From Bdellovibrionota bacterium (lineage in GTDB: Bacteria > Bdellovibrionota_C > UBA2361 > OMIW01): a stretch of 61,353 nt of DNA. The DNA lies in NCBI GenBank assembly GCA_044345055.1, contig JBIJBT010000003.1, positions 1 to 61,353 of the forward strand, in the 5' to 3' direction. How positions within the stretch are numbered: the first letter of the stretch is position 1; every line of letters starts with the position of its first letter. Both the position numbers and the translations under genes were made by a program. Of this stretch, positions 18,198 through 28,434 are shown piece after piece. The notes under the pieces were generated by a model. That model worked only from the letters and a program-made list of their open reading frames with translations. It was not told the origin of the DNA and ran no database searches.

Positions 18198-20195
18198 TCA
18201 ATTTTTTTCAGCTACTATCGTTGCAACTTCTCGCGCAAGATCGTGGAGTTTGTAAGGCTTTTGCAAAATTGAAACTCGGGCAGCTTTAGGAAGGTCACTG
18301 CTCGTTGTACCGTGGCTCGTAATCAGCAAAATCGGGGTAATTGGTGAATGTTGATGTATCGATGTAATTAGATCTGCCGAGCCGAACGGGCCTATATCGG
18401 AATTGCAGAGAATTGCGCGAACGGCAGTATCGCTTTTTGAAAGTAGTGAAAGTAGCTCGGACTCTGATGTCGCACCAATTGGACTGTAGCCGAGCTCATC
18501 AAACATTGCACCGATAATATCGCGGACCAGTGGATCCTCATCGGCAATAATAATTGTTCCCGAACCCCGAAATGTGTCGCTTATCGGAGAAACCGGAAAG
18601 GAGCGAGAAGATTCGGTGTAGTGGGCGGGTAAGAGAACGCGAAAGGTAGTGCCACAATGAAGCTCGGTCTCTACCTCTATGGCGCCCCCAAGATTGCGGA
18701 CAACTCCGTAAACAGTTGCTAGCCCGAGACCGGTTCCTTTTCCGACAGCTTTTGTTGTAAAGAAAGGTTCGAAAATTCTCCGTTTGGTTTCCTCCGTCAT
18801 ACCAATTCCGGAGTCTTTTACGCAAAGCTCAACAACATCGTTAGCCTCTTCACCTAGTGTTGCGCGAAGATGGTGCGGCGTTGTTCGTCGGGATAGAGAG
18901 ATAATTAGCTCTGGTCGAACTGGATCTTGATTATTGGCGGGGGATTGTAATCGCTTTTCGAGGACTGCATCGCGAGCATTCATGCAAAGATTCATGATCA
19001 GCTGATAAAGCTTAGAGGAGTTTCCAAGGACAGCTGGCAGATTGGAAGAAATCTGTAAATCGATCACGATATGCTGGGCTGATGCGGCGCGAAGTACTTC
19101 GATAACCTCGGTCAAGATGGGGGCTAAATGAATGGGTTTTTTTGATTCGGGCTCGTCCCGTCCAAATGAAAGCAGTTGACGCACGAGCTCGGCGGCGCGA
19201 AAGCACGCCTGCTCAGTTGCGGTAAGTAGTTTTTGTTGGTTAGGTAGCCCGATCTGCTGCAAGAGAGAGATGTTTCCCATTATCGCAGTGAGTAGGTTAT
19301 TGAAGTCGTGAGCAATACCTCCTGCGAGCTGTCCCAAAGATTCCATTTTTTGTACCTGGAACAATCTGTCTTCGAGCTGTAATCGAATTGCGTCGACACG
19401 AAGTTGCTCGGAGATATCGCGCATCACCAAAATGCTACCGATGGTGGTGCCCGATCCGTCCTCAAGCGGAACGCTCTGAATCTCGAGAGGCACCTCATCT
19501 TTGCCTCGGAGCAGAATTCCTTTCTGTGGTAATTGAGTGCCCTGATTTTTACTCTCGATTAGGTGAGATGTCGCCAAAATATCGGGCAGTAGGGAATGTC
19601 GCTCGTGAGGATGGATTAGGGCTAGAATAGACGATAGTGGGCAACCTATTCCGTTTTCTCTCGATATTTGCAAAAGTCGAAAAGATGATTCATTTAAAAA
19701 AGTAACCTTTGAATCCCGATCAACAACGATAACTGCATCTGAAAAACATCTGAGTGTTGTTGCAAGCCGCTGCTCACTCGCACGAAGTTTTCGCTCCGCC
19801 TCGTGCTTTACAAGTCCTAATTTTAGACCTGCAACGAGTTCAGGAATAACAACCGGCTTCATTACGAAACCAACTGGCTCGACCTTTTTTGCCCGTTCAA
19901 GATCGGACTCATTTGCATGAGCGGTGAGGAAGATTATGGGGATATTAAACTGAGTCCGAAGGGTGCTCGCAGTATCTATACCATCGATATTTCCCTTCAA
20001 TCTTATATCGACAATTGCGATATCTGGTCGACACTTGATGCAACTCTCAATTGCCTCCTTTGCTGATGATGGAGTACCGCTCACGATCAGCCCAGCCCGC
20101 TCGAGAGAATGGCGGATTTCCTCTGCAATAAGCGCCTCATCCTCGACAAGAAGAACGGTGATTGCAGGGGTATGGTTTGCTGAGGATGAAGTCAT
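18198..20195 (-). CDS. Hybrid sensor histidine kinase (REC-PAS-HisKA-HATPase-degenerate REC)
   Basis: N-terminal REC (LLVEDE..DI.L.G.IDG), [22 protein letters not shown] box, [31 protein letters not shown]. Confidence 0.92.
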   Translation of the reverse strand: MTSSSANHTPAITVLLVEDEALIAEEIRHSLERAGLIVSGTPSSAKEAIESCIKCRPDIAIVDIRLKGNIDGIDTASTLRTQFNIPIIFLTAHANESDLERAKKVEPVGFVMKPVVIPELVAGLKLGLVKHEAERKLRASEQRLATTLRCFSDAVIVVDRDSKVTFLNESSFRLLQISRENGIGCPLSSILALIHPHERHSLLPDILATSHLIESKNQGTQLPQKGILLRGKDEVPLEIQSVPLEDGSGTTIGSILVMRDISEQLRVDAIRLQLEDRLFQVQKMESLGQLAGGIAHDFNNLLTAIMGNISLLQQIGLPNQQKLLTATEQACFRAAELVRQLLSFGRDEPESKKPIHLAPILTEVIEVLRAASAQHIVIDLQISSNLPAVLGNSSKLYQLIMNLCMNARDAVLEKRLQSPANNQDPVRPELIISLSRRTTPHHLRATLGEEANDVVELCVKDSGIGMTEETKRRIFEPFFTTKAVGKGTGLGLATVYGVVRNLGGAIEVETELHCGTTFRVLLPAHYTESSRSFPVSPISDTFRGSGTIIIADEDPLVRDIIGAMFDELGYSPIGATSESELLSLLSKSDTAVRAILCNSDIGPFGSADLITSIHQHSPITPILLITSHGTTSSDLPKAARVSILQKPYKLHDLAREVATIVAEKN

Positions 20196-20436
20196 GGAGT
20201 GGTTTATCCGAAGGGGTAGAAGCTTTTATGCTGTTAATGATATTGAATTAAAAGATGGTCTAATAATTCTCTGTGATTCATCAATTGAGAACAATTGGTC
20301 AAATTGTTAGCTGAAATGTTTTACCAACGAATTGACCGATGAACCCTCTTGCGTCCCGAGGCTATATTGGAGACCCTGTCCGGAGGCTTACTCTCCTGAG
20401 TAATTATGCCAGATGATGATTTGATGACTGCACGAC

Positions 20437-20901
20437 ATGTTTGATATAATTAAAGCTTGGTTCGGTTTTCGAAAAGAGCCCGATAATCTTGCGGTCGACA
20501 GAGATGGGGTAGCTGTCAACCCGGAGGTGTGTATTGCCGTCGTTCGGGTTTTGCGAGAGATAACGTGTTCCGATAGCGATGTTGCACACCTTGAAGCAAA
20601 AGCTATCTCCGATATCGTCCGTTCTCATTTTTTAGTCGATGAGAATCAGATGATAGCGTTTTTAACGAAAGCAGCGGAAGAAGTTCGGGCGAATCTGCCG
20701 ATTAATGCGGTGTATGCTCTCTTGAATCGAACTTACTGCGAACGACAAAAAGTTCTTTTACTGGCGGCTTGTTGGCGGATTGTACTTGCAGACGGTCAGA
20801 TTGAGCGGGCCGAGAAGAAGCTTGCAACGCAGTTGAGGTATCGGTTTCAGCTCTCAGAGGATCAAGAAGCAGAAGCGATTCGGATTGCTGAAGAAGGGTG
20901 A
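20437..20901 (+). CDS. TerB-like family protein
   Basis: SD..V...E...I and LL...WRIVLADGQIERAE motifs. Confidence 0.7.
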   Translation: MFDIIKAWFGFRKEPDNLAVDRDGVAVNPEVCIAVVRVLREITCSDSDVAHLEAKAISDIVRSHFLVDENQMIAFLTKAAEEVRANLPINAVYALLNRTYCERQKVLLLAACWRIVLADGQIERAEKKLATQLRYRFQLSEDQEAEAIRIAEEG

Positions 20902-21049
20902 GCTAAAGATGGGCTTATTGATTTGGAGGACGTAAATTAGACTCACCTCAAAAATTAGAAGCTCCTTATTGTCCCGTAATCATCACTGAAGAGTGCCGAT
21001 TCAGACGAGTACCGACTCAATAGTTCTTTAACTAGAGGAATAGAGCCCC

Positions 21050-21487
21050 ATGACAGAGCGAATTCAGTATGCTTCCGGTTCCCCGTGGGAGCCGCTTCGT
21101 GGGTTTTCCCGCGCCGTTCAGGTGGGTGATGTTCTCTATATATCAGGAACGACTGCGCAGGTTGCTTCTGGCGACATTGTGGGTGGTACCAGTGCTTATG
21201 GACAAACCCGCTTTGCTCTTGATCAGATTAAGCGAATCATTAATGAGGCTGGGTTTCGGCTGAGCGATGTTGTTCGCACCCGTTTGATGGTGACAAATAT
21301 CTCTGATTTTGGTGAATATGCGCGGGCTCATCACGAGGTATTCGAGGCGATTCGTCCTGCGAGCTCGATAGTACAGGTTGTTCGGCTTGTCGATCCTCGT
21401 CTTCTCGTTGAAATTGAGGTTGAGGCCGTTCGTGGAGTAACTGAGTGCTCTTCTCGCCGATTAAAATCGCTTGATGGTCAAGGGTAG
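21050..21487 (+). CDS. RidA/YjgF family protein
   Basis: SGSPWE...GFSRAV, ISGTTA, DVVRTR, IRPASS.V.V..LVDPRLLVEIEVEA. Confidence 0.9.
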   Translation: MTERIQYASGSPWEPLRGFSRAVQVGDVLYISGTTAQVASGDIVGGTSAYGQTRFALDQIKRIINEAGFRLSDVVRTRLMVTNISDFGEYARAHHEVFEAIRPASSIVQVVRLVDPRLLVEIEVEAVRGVTECSSRRLKSLDGQG

Positions 21488-21572
21488 GTGTGCAAGGTTC
21501 TGCCTAAGTGTGGGTAGTGGTATAGCGGTGTAGAGGTAGGCGTAGTTTCGTTCTGTAAAGAGGTAGTGAAGT

Positions 21573-23189
21573 ATGAGTAGTGAAGGTTTAGCAGGAGGTG
21601 ATGGGCACAGAGTTGCTCATGAGGTCGGTTTGCGTCGCACCTTTGCGATTATCAGCCACCCCGATGCAGGAAAGACCACATTGACAGAGAAGTTGCTTCT
21701 ATATTCAGGCATGGTGCGAACGGCGGGGATGGTTCGGGGCAGGAAGGGGAGCAAGGCCACAAGCTCCGATTGGATGGGGATGGAGCAAGAGCGAGGTATC
21801 TCGATTACTGCATCGGCGATGCAGTTCCCGTACAAAGGGAAAATTATCAATGTGCTCGATACTCCCGGCCACCAAGATTTTAGTGAGGACACCTATCGAA
21901 CGCTCACTGCGGCTGATAGCGCAATTATGGTGATAGACGCCGCAAAAGGGGTTGAGGAGCAGACGAAAAAGCTCTTTACGGTTTGTCGGATGCGAGCGAT
22001 TCCGATACTAACCTTCATCAACAAACTCGACCTTCCTGCGCGCGAGATGCTCGACCTTTTGCACGAGGTTGAATCGGTGCTCGGTATTCAGTCATCGCCT
22101 CTAAACTGGCCGATTGGATATGGCCGGGAGTTTTCAGGAGTTGTCGATCGGCAGCGGGGGGTTGCGCTCCTTTTTGAACGTTCTGAAAAGGGTGGGACCC
22201 TTAAAGCGGGGGTTCGGGAAGTTCCGATCGATCAACTAGCTTCTTTCGTTGATAAATCGGTCCTTGCGCAGCTTAACGAGGAGCTTGAACTTCTCGATAT
22301 AGCGGGCAACAGCTTCGAGCGAGAAAAATTTCTTGCCGGTGAGTTGACCCCCGTATTTTTTGGTTCAGCTCTTACAAACTTTGGGATTGAGCCATTCTTT
22401 GACGCGTTTCTTGATTTAGCTCCCTCTCCTCGCTCGTATCAGGCGAAAGATCTTCAGGGTGAATCTAGGGTGATTGATCCGGTAGAGACTCCATTTTCCG
22501 GATACGTCTTCAAGATTCAGGCGAACATGAATCCGAAACACCGCGATAGCATGGCTTTTTTGCGGGTCTGTTCGGGGCGTTTTGAGCGAGATATGGTGGT
22601 CAAACATCATCGAAGCAGCAAAGAGGTGCGGCTCTCGCGCTCGTACTCGATGGTCGCGCAGGATCGCGATACGGTTGAAGATGCATTCCCGGGAGATATC
22701 GTTGGGGTGATCAATCCAGGGCTTTATGGGATCGGTGATACGATCTCTGAATCTGGTGGGTTTAATTTTCTCCCGATGCCGCAATTTCCGCCCGAGGTTA
22801 TGGCTCAGGTCCGGCCCAAAGATGTTTTGCGGCTTAAAGCGTTTGAGAAGGGACTCGACCAACTCAGTAACGAAGGTGCGATTCAGATTATGCGGTCGTG
22901 GCAACATCCTAGCGATTCGCCGTTTGTCGCAGCTGTCGGAAAGCTCCAGTTTGAGGTGCTCGAGTATCGGTTACGTGAGGAGTACGGGGTCTCTGTCTCG
23001 ATAGATTTTTTACCGTATCGGTTGAGCTCGTATCTTAACGGTGATCCGAAAACTTTGCGAAAGACTCAAGGATCGTACCTTGCCCTCGATAAAGCAGGAA
23101 GAGTCGTGTTGCTCTGTTCGAGTGAATGGGAGTTGCGATTTGTTGCAGAGCAAAATCCAGAGCACTCTTTGGAGAGCTTTTTGGGTTAA
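21573..23189 (+). CDS. prfC: Peptide chain release factor 3
   Basis: RRTFAIISHPDAGKTTLTEKLLL, SDWM.MEQERGISIT, DTPGHQDFSEDTYRTL, FKIQANMNPKHRD. Confidence 0.97.
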   Translation: MSSEGLAGGDGHRVAHEVGLRRTFAIISHPDAGKTTLTEKLLLYSGMVRTAGMVRGRKGSKATSSDWMGMEQERGISITASAMQFPYKGKIINVLDTPGHQDFSEDTYRTLTAADSAIMVIDAAKGVEEQTKKLFTVCRMRAIPILTFINKLDLPAREMLDLLHEVESVLGIQSSPLNWPIGYGREFSGVVDRQRGVALLFERSEKGGTLKAGVREVPIDQLASFVDKSVLAQLNEELELLDIAGNSFEREKFLAGELTPVFFGSALTNFGIEPFFDAFLDLAPSPRSYQAKDLQGESRVIDPVETPFSGYVFKIQANMNPKHRDSMAFLRVCSGRFERDMVVKHHRSSKEVRLSRSYSMVAQDRDTVEDAFPGDIVGVINPGLYGIGDTISESGGFNFLPMPQFPPEVMAQVRPKDVLRLKAFEKGLDQLSNEGAIQIMRSWQHPSDSPFVAAVGKLQFEVLEYRLREEYGVSVSIDFLPYRLSSYLNGDPKTLRKTQGSYLALDKAGRVVLLCSSEWELRFVAEQNPEHSLESFLG

Positions 23190-23251
23190 AGCTTTTTGGC
23201 GCTATGAAGTGGGGGCCAGATTAGCGACCCCCGAAACGAAACGCTGGATAT

Positions 23252-25336
23252 TTAGCGAGCTCGTCGTCCATCGGTGTGCGTTCCCCCGCGTCTCCCGTTT
23301 TTGCCCAGTTTCGTTGAGCGGTGGGGATCGTGATTAATATTCAGTCTCTCCTTTACGGCGGCTTTCCTAATACCCCTTCCTAACTCGCTCCCATGGTGAA
23401 GGTGTCGAGCATACGGATTATACCAGGCGGAATCGATCTCTGTCGCAAAAAACAGAAACGGCTTCAACTTAGATTCCTCAGGCGTGCTCCCTGAACCAAT
23501 ACTGAAGGGTACCCCAACGACAAGTTCAACGGAGCTGTTGATGAGAGAATCCTTCGGTAACCGACGCACTCCATCCCCATTTGTCCATCCTGCTCGGACC
23601 CGCTTGAAAGCAGAATCGATCATGCCTCTCCACACGCACTCAAGAACCTGTCGCCGATAGTCACGGCTCCAGAGATGGGGCGGTATTCGGTCCGGTGCCA
23701 AAGTTTCATCAGGAAGATCGACGCGATCTCTCACCAGCTGGCGAACGGTTCGAGCTCGCTCCAGCTGAGCTTCTTTTATTCCGTGCGCCTGCAACCATTT
23801 TGAACTGCATCCCTCAGCGGCGTGCAATATCGCGAGCTGAGCCAGAAGATCAGATTGATTCTCCGACCCTATTAATTTCTTCCATTCCCGCTCCTTGCGA
23901 GAGTCCGTAAGTGAGCTAGTCTCGAAAAGTGCGACGATATCCACGATATCACGGGTAATTCCTGGAAACTCTTTTTCTCGTTTCAGTGCCTCGGAGATCA
24001 TTATCCCCGCTCGGACATCAACGGGCAGCTTGACGACCTCTTTTCCGAGCTGTGTCACCGTGAAGGACTTTCCATGTCGATGGATTAATCCCAGATCTTC
24101 GAGCGTCTCGTAGCTGTGATGAATCTGCTCGGGCGAAGGTTTAAAGAGGAGATCGATACTTTCAATAGGTCGGCCCGCATTAAGCGTTCGCAATGTAAGG
24201 GGCTCGATAGAGGTTCGCAACAGATCGGGAATTGGTTCAGCTCGGAGCTCATGGATGGGTGTATTACCGTAATATACATACCTCCCATCTTTGTCGCGAC
24301 CGGCACGGCCTCTTCGCTGGGATACATCGAACTGGGATATGGGTTCTACATCGAGAGCCTCGGCATTGTCCACCAGTGATATCCTTCGCATCAGACCGCT
24401 ATCGATCACCGTATCGACTGAAAGGGTAAGACCAGTCTGACCGATGTCCGTGGATAAAATGACGCGGGGACGCTCACCCTTGATGAGGGCTTTTGCTAAC
24501 TCATGACTCGGCAATTCGCTGTGGAAGGGGATAATGTCGGCACCAACTCCGAGTCGCTCCAAATTTTTACGCATCCCCTCAATCTCTCTCTTACCCGGAA
24601 GAAAGACGAGGATATCTTCACCATTTTCGACTCGCTCGGCGATATCTAACTCCATCGAATCTTTCGGCTCTTCCTCCTTTACCTCAAAGGTCCTTCCCGG
24701 CACCGAGAGTATTGGCGCACCACCCATATATTCGGAGAGGGCCTGCGCATTCATCGTTGCAGACATGATGATGAGCTTCGGAGGAGACTCTTCGTGACTA
24801 TGATTCTGAACGTGTTCACGCGCGAGAGCGAGCAGGAGAAGCATGTTCGAGTTCATCTCGTGGATTTCATCGAGCACAATCGCGTCGAATTGCCTTTTTG
24901 CCGAGCCGTTGTTGAGCTCTTGGATAAGCTTGTAGCCATCCGTCACAAAAAGAATTTTGGTGTCTTGGGAATAGCACTTCTCAAGGCCGTGGGCGAATCC
25001 GACGGCACCACCAAGTTCTACATCTATTTCCTCGGCAACTCGTCGGGCACCGGCCTCTGTCGTCACCCGTCTTGGTTGGGTTACGACGACTGAACGCCCA
25101 TTTTCGAGGAGAATCTGGGGAACCTGGGTTGTTTTACCTGACCCGGTTTCAGAGGTCATGATGATAATGTTGTGAGAAGCAAGAAGCGCCTCAAACTGAC
25201 TCTGGCATCGTCGAACTGGCAAATCACCCGGAACTATTGAAGGGGGCAGGACAGAGTCTGGTAGGTCGAGAGGGCGGGGAAACTGAAGCTGTTGTAAATC
25301 GTAGCTTTGCTGAAAATGGTTAGGGTCTAGGGACAC
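23252..25336 (-). CDS. DEAH-box RNA helicase (HrpA/HrpB/Prp-like core plus HA2 region)
   Basis: ETGSGKTTQVPQ, TQPRR, DEIHE, MSAT, LVFLPG, STDIGQTGLT, VIDSG, QRRGRAGR. Confidence 0.88.
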   Translation of the reverse strand: MSLDPNHFQQSYDLQQLQFPRPLDLPDSVLPPSIVPGDLPVRRCQSQFEALLASHNIIIMTSETGSGKTTQVPQILLENGRSVVVTQPRRVTTEAGARRVAEEIDVELGGAVGFAHGLEKCYSQDTKILFVTDGYKLIQELNNGSAKRQFDAIVLDEIHEMNSNMLLLLALAREHVQNHSHEESPPKLIIMSATMNAQALSEYMGGAPILSVPGRTFEVKEEEPKDSMELDIAERVENGEDILVFLPGKREIEGMRKNLERLGVGADIIPFHSELPSHELAKALIKGERPRVILSTDIGQTGLTLSVDTVIDSGLMRRISLVDNAEALDVEPISQFDVSQRRGRAGRDKDGRYVYYGNTPIHELRAEPIPDLLRTSIEPLTLRTLNAGRPIESIDLLFKPSPEQIHHSYETLEDLGLIHRHGKSFTVTQLGKEVVKLPVDVRAGIMISEALKREKEFPGITRDIVDIVALFETSSLTDSRKEREWKKLIGSENQSDLLAQLAILHAAEGCSSKWLQAHGIKEAQLERARTVRQLVRDRVDLPDETLAPDRIPPHLWSRDYRRQVLECVWRGMIDSAFKRVRAGWTNGDGVRRLPKDSLINSSVELVVGVPFSIGSGSTPEESKLKPFLFFATEIDSAWYNPYARHLHHGSELGRGIRKAAVKERLNINHDPHRSTKLGKNGRRGGTHTDGRRAR

Positions 25337-25503
25337 GGGCTCTCCAGAGTGACTTTAGACATTACGCCGATTTTGCTTGTTACTACCGAAATGTTTGAAA
25401 CAGACTCAAGCTAGGTCACTTTGAGAGCGAAAATCAATAGACTTATCGGTTAAAATAATAAAACTAACCTAATTTTCAATCAGCGAAATACAACCCTGTT
25501 ACC

Positions 25504-26409
25504 TCATGTTAACACCCATACGCCTGAATCATCCGCTCGGCCGTGGATCATCGCCTCGGCAGAAAAGCTTCTTCCCCAGTTGCCCTTGCTATCGACCGCA
25601 ATCACTCCACCGACTCCACCGATTCGTTCGCTAAGATACTTAATTGCTTCTGCTGTGGCCTCGGCTACTGAAAAGTTGCGATACTCCATATACTCGGCAA
25701 CCCGACGCGCAAAGACGGTTCGTATGAAGCCTTCGCCGTGACCTGTCGTTGAGACTGCGCACGTTTGGTTGTCGGCAAAGACCCCCGCACCGATTATCGG
25801 CGAGTCGCCGACCCGTCCGAACTTTTTGTTGGTAATTCCCCCAGTTGATGTAGCCGCTGCTACATTCCCGTCGAGATCGCAGGCAACCGCGCCGACCGTT
25901 CCAAATTTTTTCTCGACGCTTGGGGTGGGATCGTCGTGATCGAGGGTCGTTATCGCAGCTCCGTGAGCTCGTTGCCACTGCTCACGCCGCCTCTCAGTGA
26001 TAAAGAACTCTTCATCCTCAAACTGAGCTCCCTCAAGCCGAGCGAATTCAACGGCGCCTTCCCCAATTAGCATAACATGCTCCGAGCGCTGCATGACGAG
26101 GCGAGCGAGCGATATCGGATTTCGCACCCCCGATACACCGGCGACCGCACCCGCAGTGAGGTCACTTCCGTTCATAAGCGCTGCATCCATCTCTACTGCG
26201 CCGTGACAGTTAAGGACCGATCCTCGACCAGCGTTAAAGAGCGGGTCATCCTCAAGTAGCCGCACACAGTGCTCGACTACTGAGAGCGCGGATTCTCCCG
26301 CCATCAAGCGAGTTCGACCGGAAGCAAGCACCGAGGCGATACTTTCGTGGTAGTCCTGCTTGTGCAGCACTAGACCCGCGCCGCCGTGGACCATAAGTTG
26401 AAATGGCAT
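25504..26409 (-). CDS. iaaA: Isoaspartyl peptidase / plant-type L-asparaginase (Ntn hydrolase)
   Basis: VHGGAG, LEDDPLFNAGRGS, GTVGAVA autocleavage site, ATSTGG, GRVGDSP, TGHGE. Confidence 0.93.
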   Translation of the reverse strand: MPFQLMVHGGAGLVLHKQDYHESIASVLASGRTRLMAGESALSVVEHCVRLLEDDPLFNAGRGSVLNCHGAVEMDAALMNGSDLTAGAVAGVSGVRNPISLARLVMQRSEHVMLIGEGAVEFARLEGAQFEDEEFFITERRREQWQRAHGAAITTLDHDDPTPSVEKKFGTVGAVACDLDGNVAAATSTGGITNKKFGRVGDSPIIGAGVFADNQTCAVSTTGHGEGFIRTVFARRVAEYMEYRNFSVAEATAEAIKYLSERIGGVGGVIAVDSKGNWGRSFSAEAMIHGRADDSGVWVLT

Positions 26410-26615
26410 GATTAGGGCTCCTCGGAAAAAGAGTGCAAGTTTGGTTTAACCGTTTTTACCGAATGAGGGGAAAAAATCAAGAAAATAGCGATTTTTCACA
26501 TTTCCTTTTTGGCACAAACAGCAAATGGGGCTATACTAGCCTCGAAAAAGGCCATTTTCTCTCGAGGGCCGAGAGGTGCTTTTTGGGGAAGCGAGGATGG
26601 CGAGGAGTAGTAGTC

Positions 26616-28391
26616 GTGGGCCGAAAACAGTCACAAAGTATTTCAGCCGAGTGCATTACCGTGCTGAGTCTTATCCTCGGCGCACTCTTTTTTACTCTTC
26701 GACTTTCCCCTGCTTTTGCCACCGCTCAACTTCCCCCCGAGGCGTTGACTCCCCTCCACTCTGAACCCTCACCAATAGATCTCTTACTATCAAATCAGCT
26801 TTTTGCACTATTTTCCGTTGTCTCTTTGGGACTGTTGATCGGAAGAATTTCAATAGCAAATCTCTCTCTTGGTTCCTCAGGAGTTATTTTTTCCGCACTT
26901 TTGCTCGGCCATCTACACTATTCGGTGCCCAAAGGGGTTGGAGCATTGGGGCTGGTGCTCTTTATTTACAGCGTCGGTATCGGAGCAGGGCCCTCGTTTT
27001 TCGGCTCTTTTGCGCGATCGGGCGCTCAGCTAGCAAAGCTCACCGCAGTGGTTGTTTTCGGTGCTGTGATAACCGTAGCCACAGCATCAATCATCACTGG
27101 ATTACCGATTGAATTGGCGGCGGGTATCTTTGCTGGATCGTTGACCAGTACTCCGGCGTTGGCTGCAGCGCTTGATTCTATAGTTGGAGAAAAATCTCTT
27201 GTTTCGGTCGGTTACGGAATCGCATATCCGGCGGGTGTGCTCGGTATCGTGTTGTTCGTTCAATTGCTTCCTCGAATTCTGCGGCTCTCGCTTGGAGCTG
27301 ATGAGCGCTCAGCCCGACGAGATCCTAGTGCGTATCGGATTGTGCGATTGGGGGTTCGGGTTACAAATCCGGTTCTTTTCGGAAAGGCGATCGTCAGTCC
27401 GCAGGCGGAGGTACTTTCTGGATGGGGCTTTAAGGTTACCCGTCAGATGGTGGATGGAAAACTGGTTCCGATTACCCGAGATTGTCATTTTTCTGAGGGT
27501 CAGGTTCTCCTCGTTGTTGGCGATGCTCGACACGCTGAGACGGTTATCGAGTATTTCGGCGAATCGTTCGATGCTCAAGGGTGGCACGATGACGAGTTGG
27601 TGAGCACCCGAGAGAGTTTCGTTGTCACCTCGGCTATGGTCGTCGGAAAAACGCTTGCAGAGCTCGATCTCTTTCGGGTTCACGGAGTTCTCGTTACCAG
27701 AATTCGCCGAATTGCAGGGGAGTTTGTTCCATTTAGTGCGACACGGCTTGAGTATGCTGATCAGGTAACGGTCGTTGGGAGTGGTGAAGCGCTCGCTGCT
27801 TTTTCCCGCTTCGTCGGTCATCGCGAGAAAGCTCTGCAGGAAACCGACCTTTTTTCTTTGGCCGCTGGAGTATTATTAGGTATATTTGTTGGGTTAATTC
27901 CACTCAGTTTGCCGGGTACAAAGCCGATTCATCTTGGGCTTGCTGGAGGTACTTTGCTTGTGGCACTCATCCTCGGCCACTGTGGTCGAATTGGGAAGCT
28001 CGCGGGACGGGTGCCCCTTGCGGCGCAGCAGGTGATGCGGGAATTAGGTTTGCTTCTTTTTCTTGCAGAGGCTGGAGTTGACGCGGGTGGATCGTTTGTC
28101 TCGATAGTTCAACAATATGGGGTGTCGTTATTCTTGATTGCGGTTCTAACCTCGGTGATTCCGCTTATGATCGGATACACATTAGCGCGGATCTGGCTTC
28201 GTGTTCCTCCGCTTGAAACGCTCGGCGGGTTGTGTGGCGCAATGACCTCAACTCCGGCGTTAGGAGTGATGACCAACACGATCGACTCGACCGTTCCGAT
28301 GGTAAGTTACGCAACCGCTTATCCTGTGGCGTTGATTTTGAAAATAGCGGCCATTCAGCTTTTAGTTTTTTTGATTGGGTTGTTTTCCTAA
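26616..28391 (+). CDS. AspT/YidE/YbjL family transporter with two TrkA-C domains
   Basis: GLVLFIYSVGIGAGPSFF, AGSLTSTPAL, GYGIAYP.G, LGLAGG.L, CGAMTSTPAL. GTG 26616 follows GAGGAG (the ORF track starts at 26433). Confidence 0.88.
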   Translation: MGRKQSQSISAECITVLSLILGALFFTLRLSPAFATAQLPPEALTPLHSEPSPIDLLLSNQLFALFSVVSLGLLIGRISIANLSLGSSGVIFSALLLGHLHYSVPKGVGALGLVLFIYSVGIGAGPSFFGSFARSGAQLAKLTAVVVFGAVITVATASIITGLPIELAAGIFAGSLTSTPALAAALDSIVGEKSLVSVGYGIAYPAGVLGIVLFVQLLPRILRLSLGADERSARRDPSAYRIVRLGVRVTNPVLFGKAIVSPQAEVLSGWGFKVTRQMVDGKLVPITRDCHFSEGQVLLVVGDARHAETVIEYFGESFDAQGWHDDELVSTRESFVVTSAMVVGKTLAELDLFRVHGVLVTRIRRIAGEFVPFSATRLEYADQVTVVGSGEALAAFSRFVGHREKALQETDLFSLAAGVLLGIFVGLIPLSLPGTKPIHLGLAGGTLLVALILGHCGRIGKLAGRVPLAAQQVMRELGLLLFLAEAGVDAGGSFVSIVQQYGVSLFLIAVLTSVIPLMIGYTLARIWLRVPPLETLGGLCGAMTSTPALGVMTNTIDSTVPMVSYATAYPVALILKIAAIQLLVFLIGLFS

Positions 28392-28434
28392 ATAGTCCAC
28401 TTTGTCCTTATAAAACCTCTTTGGAGATGTTTTA

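Noticed and set aside
26510-26522. Sigma54-like TGGCAC...GC upstream of the AspT-family gene
   Set aside because: GG-to-GC spacing is 8 nt rather than the required 10.
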